A DNA stretch of 61,586 nucleotides, the filler included, from Choristocarpus tenellus KU-1152 (lineage: Eukaryota > Protista > Phaeophyceae), in NCBI GenBank assembly GCA_964200185.2. It is 10 parts of 10 records of this genome, joined end to end, with 100 filler letters (N's around TTAATTAATTAA, not from the genome) between each part and the next. Parts side by side here need not be neighbours in the genome. Positions count along the whole stretch, not along the records: positions 22,148 to 26,039 come from CAXNAD020017319.1; positions 26,140 to 34,988 come from CAXNAD020004262.1; positions 35,089 to 42,400 come from CAXNAD020006354.1; 7 more parts are not named here. One strand, given 5' to 3'. The notes below the pieces were generated by a model. It was given only the letters and a program-made list of their open reading frames with translations, was not told the DNA's origin and did no database searches. Position 1 is the stretch's first letter. Every line of letters starts with the position of its first letter. The position numbers and the translations under genes are program-made. Below, piece after piece: positions 25,294 through 39,608 of this stretch.

Positions 25294-26139
25294 ATATAAA
25301 GTATTTTGAAGTACCACAGCAAGCATGACCTCTGAGGGGACGAGGGTTGATGATTTTGATGGGCTAGGTCGTTGCTAATAGTATTATGTTGGGTACACCT
25401 TGAAGCCCACTCCTTTCCAAGTATGGCATTGGCAATAGCATCAGGCATGATGTGGCTCAAACGCAGGTTTGAGCATGCTTGGTTGTGGTTGTTTGGATTT
25501 ACATCTTGTTGGCACGGGACTAGCCCACTCCCCTCCCCCAAATTAAATCTTCATCCCCTCGAGATCTTCATCTTTGACCCATGTTCACTCGGGATAATGC
25601 CCGTTTGTTTCCAGGCTGGAATCTGCAGAGACTTTGGCCTTCAACAAGGTCATGGATGGTGTGTGGGGGAGGGACAGGGTTGAGAGTGAAGTGTTGGATT
25701 GCCTGATGACCACTGCATGCACCGGGAAGAGACTCCCACAAGGTGTGTGAAGGTGTGTGAGGGAGAGATATGTCACGAAAGGCCTATGTTTACTCTATCA
25801 AGATTCCTTTTTTTGATGATACCATTGCACTACATTTCTACTGAAGTGGAGCATTTTTTTTTTGTATTTTGTGAACTCCTTGGGATGGCACAGTTGTGAA
25901 AGCGTGCCTTACAATTTTTTTTAATGGAAATTTTGTTGAACCAATCTATGATACAATTTGCTCCGTTATCGAAGGGTATGACTTCTTTGTTGGTGGGGGG
26001 TAGATGTTTGGGGGGGGGGGGGGGGGGAGGGTGGATTTTNNNNNNNNNNNNNNNNNNNNNNNNNNNNNNNNNNNNNNNNNNNNTTAATTAATTAANNNNN
26101 NNNNNNNNNNNNNNNNNNNNNNNNNNNNNNNNNNNNNNN

Positions 26140-26311
26140 GTTTGTTAGGAAGTGTCAATATCTATGTTTCGGACACATCTTTTCATAACATACACATTTT
26201 ACCTACTCCTAAACATTTTGCGGTAGGAAAATGTCATAAATAAAACATGGGAAGCCAAGCCCCAAATGGACAAACAGGGTAAAAGTCGTACCCTCTAAGA
26301 TACTTTCACTC
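26140..26311 (-). mobile_element. MITE family A, truncated by contig start (also 50474-50596)
   Basis: Reverse-orientation copy ending TACCCTCTAAGATACTTTCACTC. Confidence 0.85.
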
Positions 26312-26879
26312 TAAATGTGAGAAATGACCAGCATCAATATGCGAATCAACAGTCAGTATGAACTGGAAATACTGTATCGTATCAATGCCACAAAAGATGA
26401 GTAGCCTATGTTTTAGCACGCTGTTTATTAATTATCCGATGGACTACTGTCTTGGTCATCCATTTCCTGATGTATGACCAAAGACTGACTCATCATACCG
26501 TTATGTATGTTATTCTGTATTATACCAAACTATAGATAAATGTACGTACCACTGTCATACTGTGTTATATGCCTGTATCAGCACAAACAATGTAAGCGTA
26601 ACACTAGTTATTGCGGTATGGGAAGGGAACTGATGGAGCTGGGCACAGCATTCTTGATCAAAGCGAGTCGGGGCAACGTGGGAAGGAGCAGCAGGGGCCT
26701 TGTTGAGGAGTATTGGTCGCAGATGGGGTGGTGGCAGAAGCAGTATGGTGAAGCCTTCACAGTGAGGGTCACATTGGGGGTCAAGATTCTCAGCATCATG
26801 GAGATTCAGGTCATTGTTGTATGTGACACATATGGCGGAGAAAAATGAACTTGTAGTAAAGTCTGAGTTGAACCAGACT

Positions 26880-27043
26880 TGACTCCAAAGGGCATCGTAG
26901 TAAGGAGATGAGCCAGTGATGAGAGGAGTGTGCAGATGGATGTCGCTAATAGTTTCCCTGGATCCTCAGCTTTGGACCAGTAGAAGCAAAGCAACCACTG
27001 ATTGGGGTCCTCCCCAGGGTCCATGGTGCAGTATTCAAAGCAA
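26880..27043 (-). pseudogene. Degraded Ty1/Copia gag-like fragment
   Basis: Reads FEYCTMDPGEDPNQWL, then frameshifted ETISDIHLHTPLITGSSPYYDAL, a UBN2-type gag pattern recognised by eye. Confidence 0.4.
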
Positions 27044-27046
27044 TGA

Positions 27047-27307
27047 GGGTGAAAGTATCATAGAAGGTAGGAGTTTTGCCCTGCTTGTCCATTTGGGGCT
27101 TGGATTTCCACAGCTTTTTAAATGTGATTTTACCTACTCCGAAATGTCTTGGAGTAGGTAAAATGTGTATGTTATGAAAAAGTGTGTCTGGAGCAAGGAT
27201 ATTGGCACTTCCTAACAAACATGATAGCCAAAATTACATCAAACTTTTCAACATTGGATTTTGGTCGCCAAACGGACGATGCCCTACCCTCTAAGATACT
27301 TCGACTT
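27047..27307. mobile_element. MITE family A
   Basis: Same body and TIRs; 3-bp TSD TGA. Confidence 0.87.
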
Positions 27308-30300
27308 TGATATACTGCCTTCATCCATTGTTCCATGATTGCCTCGTATTTGTTCTTGAGTGGTTGCCAGACCACAACACAGTAATTGAGTGTAGATTTG
27401 TCGTGTTGCTGATGTCAAGATTATGCTTGAAATTCATGTGGGAAAATACTTGGTAAGGAAACAATCAGTTCTTGGATAATTAGAGAGTTGGAAAAATGTT
27501 CGATAACTGGATAGTTGATAGTAATCTTTCTGTTGAGTGACTAAGAGAACAATATTCGGGTTATTGCAGCATCACAAGAATACTGGAAAAGGAATGTTGT
27601 AGCAAGTAACATATATTGAGTGATGAGTGAAAGGTCTACCACCCCCCCCGCTTGGGTGGTGTTTCTCCCTCCAACTTTCTACCTACTACAATTTAACTGA
27701 GAAGGAACTCATCTACATATTTCAATATCAAGACTTGGGATCCTACACATTCTTTAACGGCTGAAGGGCATGGAAAAGATCTTTCTCAGGACCCCAATGG
27801 TTGACGAGCAGGATGCCAAACAGCTTTTCTTGTGCTCGGCGTAGGTGCACTGTTCAGGACTGGGAGAGGACAAAAGGACTGCCAGAGGGAGCATCAAACG
27901 TGGATGTAGATGGTGCACCAGTGGCAAGTAGAGGAAGAGCAGTAAGAAAAGGGTGAGAGTTGGAATGAAGCAGGATATGATGAGCCCGAGGAACCACACA
28001 GCTCAGGATGTCGATGAAGTCTAGTTTGCGTCCCAGACAGGTTTGTCACCCGAAATGATAGTTTCAGTGTGCCTTCCGTGGTATGTTGAAAGAAGATCTA
28101 CAGGTGTGGGAGTGAAAGTGACATAGGTTAGGTAGTACGGGGAGAGGACTTGTGCGTTGGTCAGGTGTAGAAGGCTCATAATCTGTTGGAATCCTTGAAT
28201 TGGATGAATCATTGATTCTGATGAAAGTGCTTTGTGTAGAGGGTTGCAGTGTTGTTATAGAAAGAGGCGACCAAGTGCACTGATAGGTCTAAGTGGGGTG
28301 GTCGGCGAAGAGGTGTACAGGGGAGATCACCTCTCTTCGGGAGCCCCTACTGCCCTTGGGGAGCCCCCTCTGTCATACTTTTTTCACTTCTTAGGGTTAA
28401 TTGTCACGCACAGGTTAGGATTACTGCTGGGGTTAGATCATCGAAAATGAGCTTTAAAAAAGTAAAAAGTGGTGGATACTTGAGAGTTTGTGGTTCCCCA
28501 GTGCATGTAATACTCCTACACTTCTTGAATAGTGTTTCTTTGACTGGTTAGGCATATTTTCACACACAAGTCAGGGTTAGGTTTTCAAAAATGCGTGCAA
28601 AGAAGTGAAAAAAAGTGTGACAGTGGAGGTTACTCAAGGACAGCGGGACATCCTGAAGATAGGGGATCTCCCTTGTGCACTGCAGCAGCTTGTTGAAACT
28701 GTACAGTACACCACAATTCAGTGTCGTACTGTAGAACAGTGTGCACGCTCTGAGTCGAGACCTGTTACCTTGTATAGAACGTTGTGAATGTCTTAACTGA
28801 ATATATATATATAATCTCTTTCGGGTGTGCATCGATATACACTTAGGGCAGAGTGAGGTTGATGTCTTAGAAGGGGGCAACACCTTACACTATCAAACAA
28901 GATGCCAGGATTATCTGTCGTTTAAGAAGCATAAAGGATCAAGTCTAACTCTGAGTCAACACATATGTGCCACAAGGGTCGTGATGTACTGACTCTACTG
29001 AGTTTGCATGGTGGATACAGTCTAACAATTGAAGGATCAAATATAACTATGACCATACAAAGTGAAATGGTGAGTTATGATCATATAAATTGTGCAAGTC
29101 AACATAAAGTAGATGTGAACTCTCACACACTAAGAAAACATCACTAGGGACGAAGCAACAGTTGTCTCAAAGTAATGACACCGAACTGAATCTATGCACA
29201 ACTAAGGGAGAACCCCACCATCCAAAAGCGAAGTATGCACGACACTGTAGCGTGGTTTGGTACACAATGGAGTCCTAGCCATCTTGAATTGGGATAGATT
29301 CAGACAGTACTCACAGGTAGATATTGAGGTTTGGGATCCGACCGGAGGTACCAGATAAAAAAAATAGATGGAAGGGGGGGGGTGAGGGTTGGTTTTGGCA
29401 TGGGAATCATGGTGGTGCGAGTGCATTGGATGCAAGCGTAGAAGGTAGTAGAGGACGTAGTACAAGGTAGGGTACTGGCCTCTTCCAACCGTGCAACACA
29501 CAAGATACCAGGAGGAAGGTGGTGACAGGTAGGTGGTGTTCAAGAACCCTCCAACATGAGAGAAATTTATGAACCCACATGCCAGAACGATAGTGGGGGC
29601 CCAAAGTGACAACTCTGATATTGTCTACCAAACCAGTCCACCCGCTTCAAGTGCCTGGTAACTTTGGTTATACATAATTTCATATGGAGTATCTGGTCAG
29701 CAGAAGTAGCTAATGACTCAGAAAGTGTCACAGGTGAGATGGACATGGGGAATGCTTCATGTCAAATCATTGTAGTTTCACCTACAGAATATAATGGAGC
29801 CTGCCAAGGTTTTGGTATATAATGGGTGCATGTGTAGTCAGGGACTCTAAAATGCAATGTTTTGTGGAAGGCATAACCCAGAGTGGTAGAACGTTAATAG
29901 CGAGTGCATGAGATACTCAGGCCGTATGTCACCTCCATCATCCACGGATAATATACTGGAGGCTGGCTAGTATAGAAAGGTTTTACGCGGAGATGGGTGA
30001 GTAGGGATGGGAACATTAGTTTATAGGTCCTGTAAGAGGATTACCTTGAGCCCTTTTCCTTTTAGCGGTTGGTGTACCCATTGAGAATACACCAGAAAGG
30101 GGTTTGGCGGGACAGACTAGTGTAGGAAGGAGGTTTGAGGGCATAGCAGTACAGCAGTGGCATCAAGAGATAGACTTGTCAAGATACGGGAATAAGGTAG
30201 CCAAGACTTATGCTGGAGTATATGGGTGTGATAAAGAAGACAAAGGTTTGGCCATTGATGACAGCAGACAGAGCAAGAGTTCAGATTGCATAACCAGATG

Positions 30301-31384
30301 GAATCTCTAGGTGTTGTAGGTACACAACTCAATTATCCCTCAATATTCTGTTCCACAGGTCAAATGGCAAGAGTAATCCCCACGTAAGGAAGAGAGGATA
30401 TGGTAGTTGGGTGCCCTGTAGTCCAAATTTACCATAGGATCGGATGCACCCTTGCATGAAAGTATTTTAAGCGGGGTTCAGGATTATTTGTTTTTTTCTT
30501 TCATATAAGAGCTTGAGAATTTGGCTTGACCGCAACAGTCGGAAGTTAGAGGCGAACACAAGCGTGGAGTATAGGTGTCTCTATTCTTGGGGCAAGAGCA
30601 ACAAATTTAGAGAGTAAAGGGGTAAGATATATACAAGTCCATTATTTTACTCAGTCTTGACCTTTCAACTGAAAACACATCTCCTTCGCACTAAAGGGGC
30701 TCGGGGAGCAGTGAGTAGAATGTCACTATGTAAGAACTTGAGTACCAGTTTTGACTTCTGTTGTCAGGAGTTAGAAGTGAAGGCAGGGGTAGAGCGTATA
30801 TGGCTCTGGTCAGGGAGAGAGGGCAACTGAGTTGGCACAGTAGGGGACAAGATATATGCAAGTTCCAATACTTCTACAAGCACTTTATTTACCCTCCAAA
30901 TACCCACAAAACACTTCCATTTCTCTCGCCTGGTTCAGAAAGTTTAAGAAGGGATCATGCTGGGGTGAGGAATTAGCCTTGGACTGGGAGACGAACGATA
31001 GTGAGCACAGACGGGAAAGTGTGGGGTGGAGACGGTAATAATGAACCACGCGAAATTCGTTCCAGGCTGGAACCCGAGGAGAAAAAAATGAGGGAGGAGG
31101 TGAGCGACGAGCGGTGTGATGGCTAATATTAGCACGGGAGAAGCAAGGCATGACTGGAGGCAGTACAAATAGGGGTGGTGCAAAAAAGTTAGTTACGGTG
31201 GTAGGTAGTGTGAGAGAAGTAGCGAAGCATGTAGTGACTGAGACCGTAGGTGAGGATAGTCCCTAAGCTATAGAGAAGAAAATAAACAACAGATAAAGAA
31301 ATAATCGAAAAATGTTTCAACGGGATCATGACCAGATCTATGACCTGGTCTGGTCGAAATCTCTAACTACAGTGGCCTAGTCTC

Positions 31385-31680
31385 TTGAGTCGTCTTCCAA
31401 CAACTTTAAGGGGTATATTGTCAGCATGCACCACCAATGAAATATCTCGGCAGCTAACAAAGATATTCCGGTCCTTCCTTTTGTGGGGTACCTTAATGGT
31501 GGCATCTTTCCAATGTTAAGGAACACTCTCCTGTACCCATACAGCCGCCAAAATTATAGGGAAACACTCTTATATACGGCCTATCCTCGTTGAGTCCAAG
31601 TTCGACTTCCACAGGCAGGGCCCCCGGTCCCGTTACCTTCCTGTTTGCCATGGCATGAATCTCTTTTGCCACTTCCATCA
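31385..31680 (-). pseudogene. Non-LTR retrotransposon (RTE-like LINE) RT fragment
   Basis: EVAKEIHAMANRKVTGPGALPVE...VP*HWKDATIKVPHKRKDR...RDISLVVHA...LKVVGRRL is the K..GPDG / WK.A.I....K.K.D...YR.ISL region just upstream of LINE RT. Confidence 0.8.
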
Positions 31681-31929
31681 ATGTTGATGAGTTAGGTAGT
31701 GTTGGATAGGTTCAACAACCTTACCTTTAAGGTAGGATTTTCGTTTTTTCTGGGTTGGTGATGTTCGTGCACACGCCATCCCAAGGTTGCTAGAAACGTC
31801 ACTCCTACAACTACTACTTTTAATATCGATGTTGGTGAAGGTAAACATTGGGGATTCTAATCGAGAGGAGAAAGAGTAGGGCTGAACTGGATTGTGGAGC
31901 AAATTTAGAAGTCAATGGCAAGTCTAGTG

Positions 31930-32699
31930 ATGGCTTCTATTGAAGCAGTGCTGGGGGGAGAACTTGTAAATCCGGCTGGCGAGACTGTGCCCACATCTTC
32001 CCTCCAAAATAAAGTAGTCTGCCTGTACTTTTCAGCCAGTTGGTGAGAGGAACAATCTGAACCGTCATCCTCATGGCGTCGAAGAGGAAAGCTGACACCT
32101 AGAATCGATTAGTGTCTACTGCTGTTGTCCCATGTGTAGTACTCCCAGTGCATTAGATTGGGTTTTGGTCATGGACGTTTTCTATATAGCCAATGGGAAA
32201 CTCTTGGAATTGTCCAAATTGTCCCGCACTTGAATTATCTTCCTGCAGTAGAGCGAGGGAAATGCCGACATCCTCTCTGGTATAGGTTTTCTTAATTGGA
32301 ACTGCAACACCCCTCGAGCACATTGCCCTTTCGTGCTGGTGTTAGTTCCCCAACCTGCTAGTCATGCCCTACCCACACAATTTCGTTGTGGCGCTTTCAG
32401 TCAAGTGTATTTCCAGGCCCCTTGGGGATTCTGTGCGTTAGCACCGCTTGACAGAGCTAATCGTCTGGTCTGGATTTAATACCCAGCTTCACCGTTTTCC
32501 AGTAACCTCCCCATCCTCTGGTTCTCTCCAGGTGTGGTCCATGCCGTGGTTTTACTCCACAGTTGGTGACGGCATATGAATCTTTGCGGGAGTCTGGAAA
32601 AGAGTTTGAGGTGGTTCTCATCGGGTCGGATAAGAATCAAGAGGCATTCACGGAGTACCTCAGCAAAATGCCGTGGTTGGCACTGCCCTTCAAGGACAG
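31930..32699 (+). CDS. Nucleoredoxin/tryparedoxin-like thioredoxin-fold protein, first two exons
   Basis: Exon 31930-32042 (MASIEAVLGGELV...LQNKVVCLYFSAS-TG) plus exon 32532-32699 (G-CGPCRGFTPQL...FEVVLIGSDKNQEAFTEYLSKMPWLALPFKD) gives YFSASWCGPC, FEVV..SD and MPWLALPF. The 3' boundary of exon 2 is uncertain (GC donor). Confidence 0.92.
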
Positions 32700-33739
32700 G
32701 CAAGGCCCAGTGTTCATCCGGTGAATTCATTTTTCGTTGTCGATGTGTTAGGAATCCCGACTAAAAAGGGCACCTGTTGTACAAGCAAGCGATTCTTACA
32801 TTGCATATATAGCACGAAAGTTTTGCTTTCACTACTTTGCGAAATGTCTACCTTACAGCAATGTAAAGTAGAGCACAAATGAACCTCCGTATACTCGAGA
32901 TCCACGTATGCCACACCTGTAGCATCTACACTGTTGCATCTTCGGGCTACAAGTGTCTCAAAGCGTAGGTGAAATGTTCATGATACGCCGAGAGGTGTGC
33001 AGATGGAAGGGTGGTTTCTATTGATTTTCAGTAGTGCACTATGTAGTACTACCTGAATTGTGTGGTGTAAGTCAAGTTGTGCACATTTTTGGAATGCCTA
33101 TAAAGTAGTGTGTTTATATTTGTTCCATTGCCTTGTCAAATCGTATTATATCTTGTGTGATGCACTGTAGCTACAGGCTGAATCAGTCAAGGCATTCTTG
33201 GAGAAAGGTGTAGATCATAAATATCGAAAATATGTTCAGATTGCATTTTTTGGTGTGTTACATATGCTAAAAATAAGTAGGCACTTGAGAGGGCAGTTTG
33301 AGGGCACAAACTAGTCTCAATGGGTATGATGAACAGCAACCTGAGCGTTTTCATGCATGCCAAGAGTTGAGAGTTGATGACTGAGGGTCACTGTGCTGTA
33401 TGGTCTTGTATTGGAGCTGGGGAGCAGAGCCTGCCTTCCTCACTGAGAACAGTGGTCTCAGAGTGAACAGGTTGTGGGACAAGGTTACAAACCATGTCTT
33501 GTGAAGGGCCGCACTCTTGATCTCATCAATGTTCCTAGTACTGGGAAACCATTACACAGGTTTCAGCTGTGGAGACTGATCAACTCAGTCAATGCTGATC
33601 TTTTTGCTATCATGGTGAGCTGGAGGGTGCTAGCATTGATCACTTGATGAGCAAAATTGTGCATTCAGTGGGGGGCACGGGGGCTATGGATGAGTGTCGC
33701 TGGCTATGCCCTGCCCTCGGTCATGACCACGGAGAAGTG

Positions 33740-34400
33740 TCTGTGTTGAAATGGGTGGATAGCAGGGCAAATTTGATGACATGTTCAATGTGCAAGACTG
33801 TACAAGTCCTGGTTATATGTCAGGCCTGATGGATGCATGATCCTTGCCTTTCCTGGGTAGGATATACCTACCACAACTTCACACCCTCAAGGTCCTCAAG
33901 GTGAGAGCCGTCTAGTGTGCAGCTTAGTGCCAAGGATAGCCTGAAGGAGCTTCAAGAAGAGCAAGGCTATGTAGTGATACATATGACCACTCATGGAGAG
34001 GAAGGGGTGCAGAGGTGGTTCAATGGAGGAGGTGATGGCTGCGATCAGGAGCAAGATGCCATGGATACATATGATTGGAGGATGTATTGCTGTTGATTAG
34101 AATGGAGTAAATCTTTGCACAGGGAGTTGGAAACCAGAGGTAGAGGAAACCTCCGCCCATACTTTTCTTTTTTATCCTATTGAGATGCAGTGCCCATTAC
34201 GTAAGTGGGCTACCTGTTTTTCTTTTTTTTGCCAAGAAACTTGTACGTGTTCTCAGGGGCAGGGGCAGGGTAGGAGGGGTATGGATTGCCGCACTTTGTT
34301 TGTGCAACCTGAACAGTCACTAGATCTCAATACCGTTGACGTGGAGCATTTGAATGGTCACTCAAATGTAGGGTCAGAGTGTACATCGAGGAGCTTGTGA
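33740..34400 (+). pseudogene. Third, heavily decayed mariner transposase remnant
   Basis: EEVMAAIRSKMPW (~34026) and FVQPEQSLDLNTVD (~34298) correspond to EEFLPTMKTKMSW and QPSNSPDLNIMD in the element at 8536-10133. Confidence 0.55.
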
Positions 34401-34408
34401 ATGGATTT

Positions 34409-34463
34409 TGTGAGTGTGAGTGTGAGTGTGAGTGTGAGTGTGAGTGTGAGTGTGAGTGTGAGT
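34409..34463. repeat. (GTGAGT)n microsatellite
   Basis: About 9 perfect hexamer units. Confidence 0.95.
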
Positions 34464-37400
34464 AAGGTTCTTGATTCTGAGAGACAAGGTCAGAGAGAGG
34501 GCTTGACAGTGTCTGTTCAAGTTGTGGTGCAGTTCAGTGCCATAGTGACCCGGGAAGAACGACTTAGGGGCAGTACCACCTAACCCTAGCCCTAAAGTTG
34601 TTAAATTGACCATGCTTGTGTGAAGGTCAAGAGCTAGGTCTGCTTGAAGCCCTTGAACTTTTTTTTTGTTATTTTGGGCATTAAGAGCATCACATTGAGG
34701 AGATTAATCGATGCCAGAGATGTCAGATCTGCATTGCTTTGTTTCACCCAATGATTCCATCAATGTCGAAGAAAGCCTGTACTAATAGAAGAGAATGCAG
34801 GGTTAGATAAAAAATACACGCTCTAGTAGACATAGGCAGGCGTAACTCCTACACCGTTGGAGACCAAAAGATAATCCTAGGACTCTTCCCGACCAGTGAG
34901 TTTGGAACCCCCCCCCCCCCCCCAAATCTTTTGATGTTGTTTTCGACTTGAAGTTGCACCGAATCAAAATATATTTTTTTTCGATTACNNNNNNNNNNNN
35001 NNNNNNNNNNNNNNNNNNNNNNNNNNNNNNNNTTAATTAATTAANNNNNNNNNNNNNNNNNNNNNNNNNNNNNNNNNNNNNNNNNNNNCCCCCCCAGATA
35101 CTTTGGGTCAAAGAACAGAGGAAGTAGGGAGGGTGAAAGTAGGGACAGGATTGATATTTCATGTATGAAGGGCAACCTTACCCCAGTATTCTATTGTATC
35201 TCCAAGGATTCTTGTCAGGTTTGATGTCTCTCCAGGAACCCTTTATGGCACATTCATTCTCATGTCCATCACCCACCTCGTTTGTAGGTATCAATAAACA
35301 CAATTCCCCACAACTCAATTGCCAGCATTGTACAAACTACGTGTCATGGTACCAAAATGATGTAAACAGTGAGGGCAGCCATACACACACATGTTGGTTC
35401 AAGTTACTCAATTGCATCCTCTGGTCTCATGTACCACCCATTATTGGAAGTTCCCTTGACTATCTGCATTCTTCTCTGCATCTACTTTCCTCCCTTTACC
35501 TTCCCTCCATGCTCAAACTTACCACATGCAATCAGATGGCAAACACCATTTGTACCTAGTTTACCCAACCCCTTTCCGGTCTGCCTTCAACCTACTTAAA
35601 TAATCTGTACAATATTTCTGTCCCCTCTGCCCATCATCCTCCACCTTGCACTTCTGATGCAGGGGCTCCCCACAATGATCATTGTTCTGGATTAACCATT
35701 GATATTTCTCTACTATCCTCCTCCCCATGCCAAATACATTGTTGGACCAACCCCATCATCATTCTGAATTATTGTACATACTGCTCCTAATGGGAAGGGA
35801 CGGAGCCAAAATATCCTTGAGAGGAGCGCATTTTGGTCACTGTGTTGCAAAGAGGCTTATATAGTTGTGGTACCTGTCGCACTATTTTTGGGACCCCACT
35901 TCAGATAACCCCTCATCAGGAATTTGTGGATGTAGAAGAAAAGTCCCTTTGAAAGAATTTTGTCATTGGAATGGAGAATGTCCACCTAAATTCATCCTAC
36001 CCTTTGCACTCCCCCCTTCACTCATCATGTGAGCACAACACCGATTTCCTTTCTTGTACTTTTTCTTATCAAAAAATATGTCTGCCCCTTCTTCTCTCTT
36101 GTCGTTCTCCATACCCTTGTCATATCGCTCATCGAGATCAACAAGAAGAAGTCCGGGTTCAGATTTCATGCGCACCTTACCCTTCCAACCTCTCCACATT
36201 CTCTGCACCCGTATTGCAACTCCATGGAAGCCGAGCCCATTCTCCTCCCACAGCTCTCGGCGGGAGGCATACCCTCTCGAAGACCTCTGGAGCTGTTAGA
36301 GTTGGGGGAGAAAGGTTGCATTTGGGATAGAAATAGGCGCAGAAGAATCAGTGGTACTGCCTCTCTTTTATTTTTCCTCTTTGTTTATTTGGTTTGAACC
36401 TCCACATAGAGGAGGCAAATCAGAATCTATGTATTTTTTCCTTCACCGACTAACTACTACACAGGCTTTATCAGCAGTCGGGGAACGGGTTAGGAGCAAT
36501 CTTGTACTTTGGAGTCCCTCATATTATTCATTGGAGGAGGCCAGAAGTCACAAATTGTAGATGAGGATAATGTTGTATGAACTGATGTGCTATAAAATTG
36601 ACAGGTATTTAACATGTACCTTGTATTCACTTGTTCAGTGCAGTTGACTTACTCATCTCTGAGGACGCAATAATGTCAAATGCACATTGCAAGAGAGATG
36701 AGTCATCATTCCGGATGTTTCAGCAAATGTTTCGGCACAAGACCGTGCTTGCTGACTGCAATATCAAATTTAAGAAAGATGTGCAACCCCTGCAAGAGAA
36801 ATATGGATTGGGAATATCCTTGAGATGTTGTGGTTGTCAACTGAAACTTGTGGATCACTACAGGGGCAGCTGACCTGTGGTCTCCAGTGCCTAGGACCAT
36901 TTGAAGATTTCGACAGTGATCATCAGGACAACTACACTCCCCCCTCCGCTGAGAGCAATCATCAACAAAAAGGTTCAATGTCCGACTTATTTCAATTCCG
37001 TACTGGTACCTCAATGGCTGCCTTGTGGTGCTCCCAGTGTCCCCAGAGTCTCTCAAAGTCCCCAAACCCGTCACTCTGCGCTCGATCTATTTGAAGGACC
37101 CCTACAGTGTGGGGGTGATGACAGGGTGGGCGCCATGGTAGCAGAACTTGAGTTGAAAATGGCATCCCACCTAGGGATCTGTGACATTTTTTTTTTTTAG
37201 TTGAGTAGGAAGGAAAGGATATACAAGAGAACTTAGGAAAGAACATAAAGGGTTTTCATGGAGTCTATTTCTTTGTAAATTGACAGGCGTCCTATGTGAT
37301 TTTGTCACACCCTGTCAATTTAGACCGCAGAAAATGGGGGAATTCAGGTGCTTAAGTGCACATAGCTCAACCCTGCCTTTGGTAGTTGTTCTAGTGCCAT

Positions 37401-39053
37401 GTGCTTTCTGCTTGTTAGAACTAGAGCTTGTCCACTCACTGTGATGCTGCAAACGAGAATGAGCCTGAAGAGAATATCACACTCTCCGCCATCCCAACAC
37501 CCCCAATTGTCTCCTTCCACCCTGCCACCTTTTGCATCTTCTTTGTCGCCATCGCTTGCTCCTTCCTTTGTTTTATTTTACCCTCTCCTGGCGCAAGTGG
37601 TGGAGGATACTCAGACTTTTTCATCTGTCCTGATTCTGCAGGAGGTGGTTGGAGTCTCACAGGAAAACGTTTCCGGGCAAGTATGGTGCCTCCCGTCCTT
37701 GCTTCTCTAGGCGATAATTGCCTTGTTTGATGATGCTGGGGGTCGAGGGTAGCCTGCTTTGTTTCTGGTGCTAAGTGCGCTCGTGGATGGAATTGGTTGG
37801 GTCGAGGATAGTTGAGTGGTCCAAGGAGGCCATCATTTGTCCGTTGCCTTGTAGATGAAGGCAGAAAAGGACGTAGAAATGGAAATTAGATGGAGACGTG
37901 AGGATTGTGGCGAAGAAAAAGAATGATTCGCAACTCATTCCCATACTTCTATCACTGCTACTCTTAAAACCAATGATCAGTCATTTGCATGGACAAATTG
38001 TGAGTTAGAAACCAGATCTGCAGTTAGAAATAAGTATACTTTAGGGGGTACATGTTAAAGAAGGGATTCTTAAGTTACTCCTTCACTAGTCTACATTTCA
38101 GGTTATTGAGAGGCAACTGCACTCACCTCCTCTTTCTGGAAGGGTAATACCCGTGGACAAAGCTCGGTGCATTAAGAACCAAGTTTAATGGGGCAGAACT
38201 ATCCATCTGACGGCCTCTTGGCATTGATGGGAGAGGTCTTTGTGTTGAGTTCATCATGCCTCTGATGAAGAGCTCTTTTTTTCATATATAATTTCTCATA
38301 CAGCAGAGATTCTGCTGGTATACCACGAAGTTGGACACGCAATAGATATCATTGAAGACAATTTCGGTCATTTACGAGGTCATGACGCCAGCATTTTTTT
38401 TATGGGAATGTCTTTCTTCGACACTGACAAGGCCCCTTTCGTCACAGGTTGAAGCTATCTACATCGCGTTGGAGCTGGCTCGACGCGTAGTTACGACAAT
38501 GTATCCTTGTCTCCATCAATGTCTTGTGACACCGAAAGTCAAGAGGAAATGGAAGACACTCTGTTAGGAAGTTCAAGAAAGTGATGACTGAACTGCAACA
38601 ATCAGTTTCGTCCGTTACAAGGTGTTGGACTATCTGATGCGACTGCGTAACTACTTGCGAAATCCTGTAACAGTACAAGAAAAAAATCTCGACTCTTTTA
38701 TAAATGGCGGTTCAACCTCAAATAAAATAACCACCAAAACGCTTATCTGAAAGACGTGAGGCATACAATTCGCCCAATGTGGTGGCGACGAGTTCTATAG
38801 ACACTTACTGGCGCACATCCCTTCTTCGATCTTGTGGGCAACCGAAGTCCATTTGTTCGATGAGTAAAACCCATATGCGACGTCACTAAGGAATATCTCC
38901 ATCAATGATCACATGCTACAGATGTTGGAACTCAAGGGATATTCACTAGGTGCTCAACCTCAGCCATTAGATATCAGGGTTGCACGATCTTCAAAAGAGC
39001 ATTGTCTGTGATAGGTGTGAAGGGGAAAATCTGCCGAGGAAATCGAAACAACC

Positions 39054-39608
39054 ATGACAACAGCAGTATTGCCCAAGGAATCTTCTCCAGCAAGTGTCGT
39101 TGCCTTATCTGCTCAGCAAGTCGCGATATCTTCCTATCTCGAGAAAGGGGTGCGAGATGTGACATCCTCCTCCTTGGTAGTGACAAATGTTAGTCAGCAT
39201 CCTAATAAAACGGGAATATGGACAATGGGATGCAAGGAGACGGAAATGAGCGAACGTGTAGACGGAGAGGAGTTGCCAATGGGTTGTGACTTCATAACGA
39301 GAAAGGACCACAAGAAGAGACCTTCAAAGCACAGTCTAGCGAAAGGGATGACAGTGGAGGAAGGTGGAATTGGAGGAATGGAGAGCCCGAGGACATCAGG
39401 GGTGACGAAGCAAGGGAGTGTTAATATAATCGTTGCCAACGCTTCGTGTGAGATTGTGAACAAGATGCTTTCCACAGCAATCACCTTCGTTGCTGATAGA
39501 CGAAGGACTACACGGCAGAAGGACTACTGTGGGGGAGGTGCGACTCCTCCAGAGGAAGAGGTGATTGGGAGAAGAAGGGGTGAGACAAGACCACCACTGG
39601 GCTTTTAG
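39054..39608 (+). CDS. Hypothetical: 184-aa ORF, possibly a terminal exon of an unrecognised gene
   Basis: Long open frame with disordered-protein composition; no recognisable domain. Confidence 0.25.
   Translation: MTTAVLPKESSPASVVALSAQQVAISSYLEKGVRDVTSSSLVVTNVSQHPNKTGIWTMGCKETEMSERVDGEELPMGCDFITRKDHKKRPSKHSLAKGMTVEEGGIGGMESPRTSGVTKQGSVNIIVANASCEIVNKMLSTAITFVADRRRTTRQKDYCGGGATPPEEEVIGRRRGETRPPLGF

Noticed and set aside
38303-38380. HExxH (YHEVGH) metalloprotease exon
   Set aside because: Weak donor, neighbouring candidate exons are phase-incompatible, and a five-residue motif can arise by chance.
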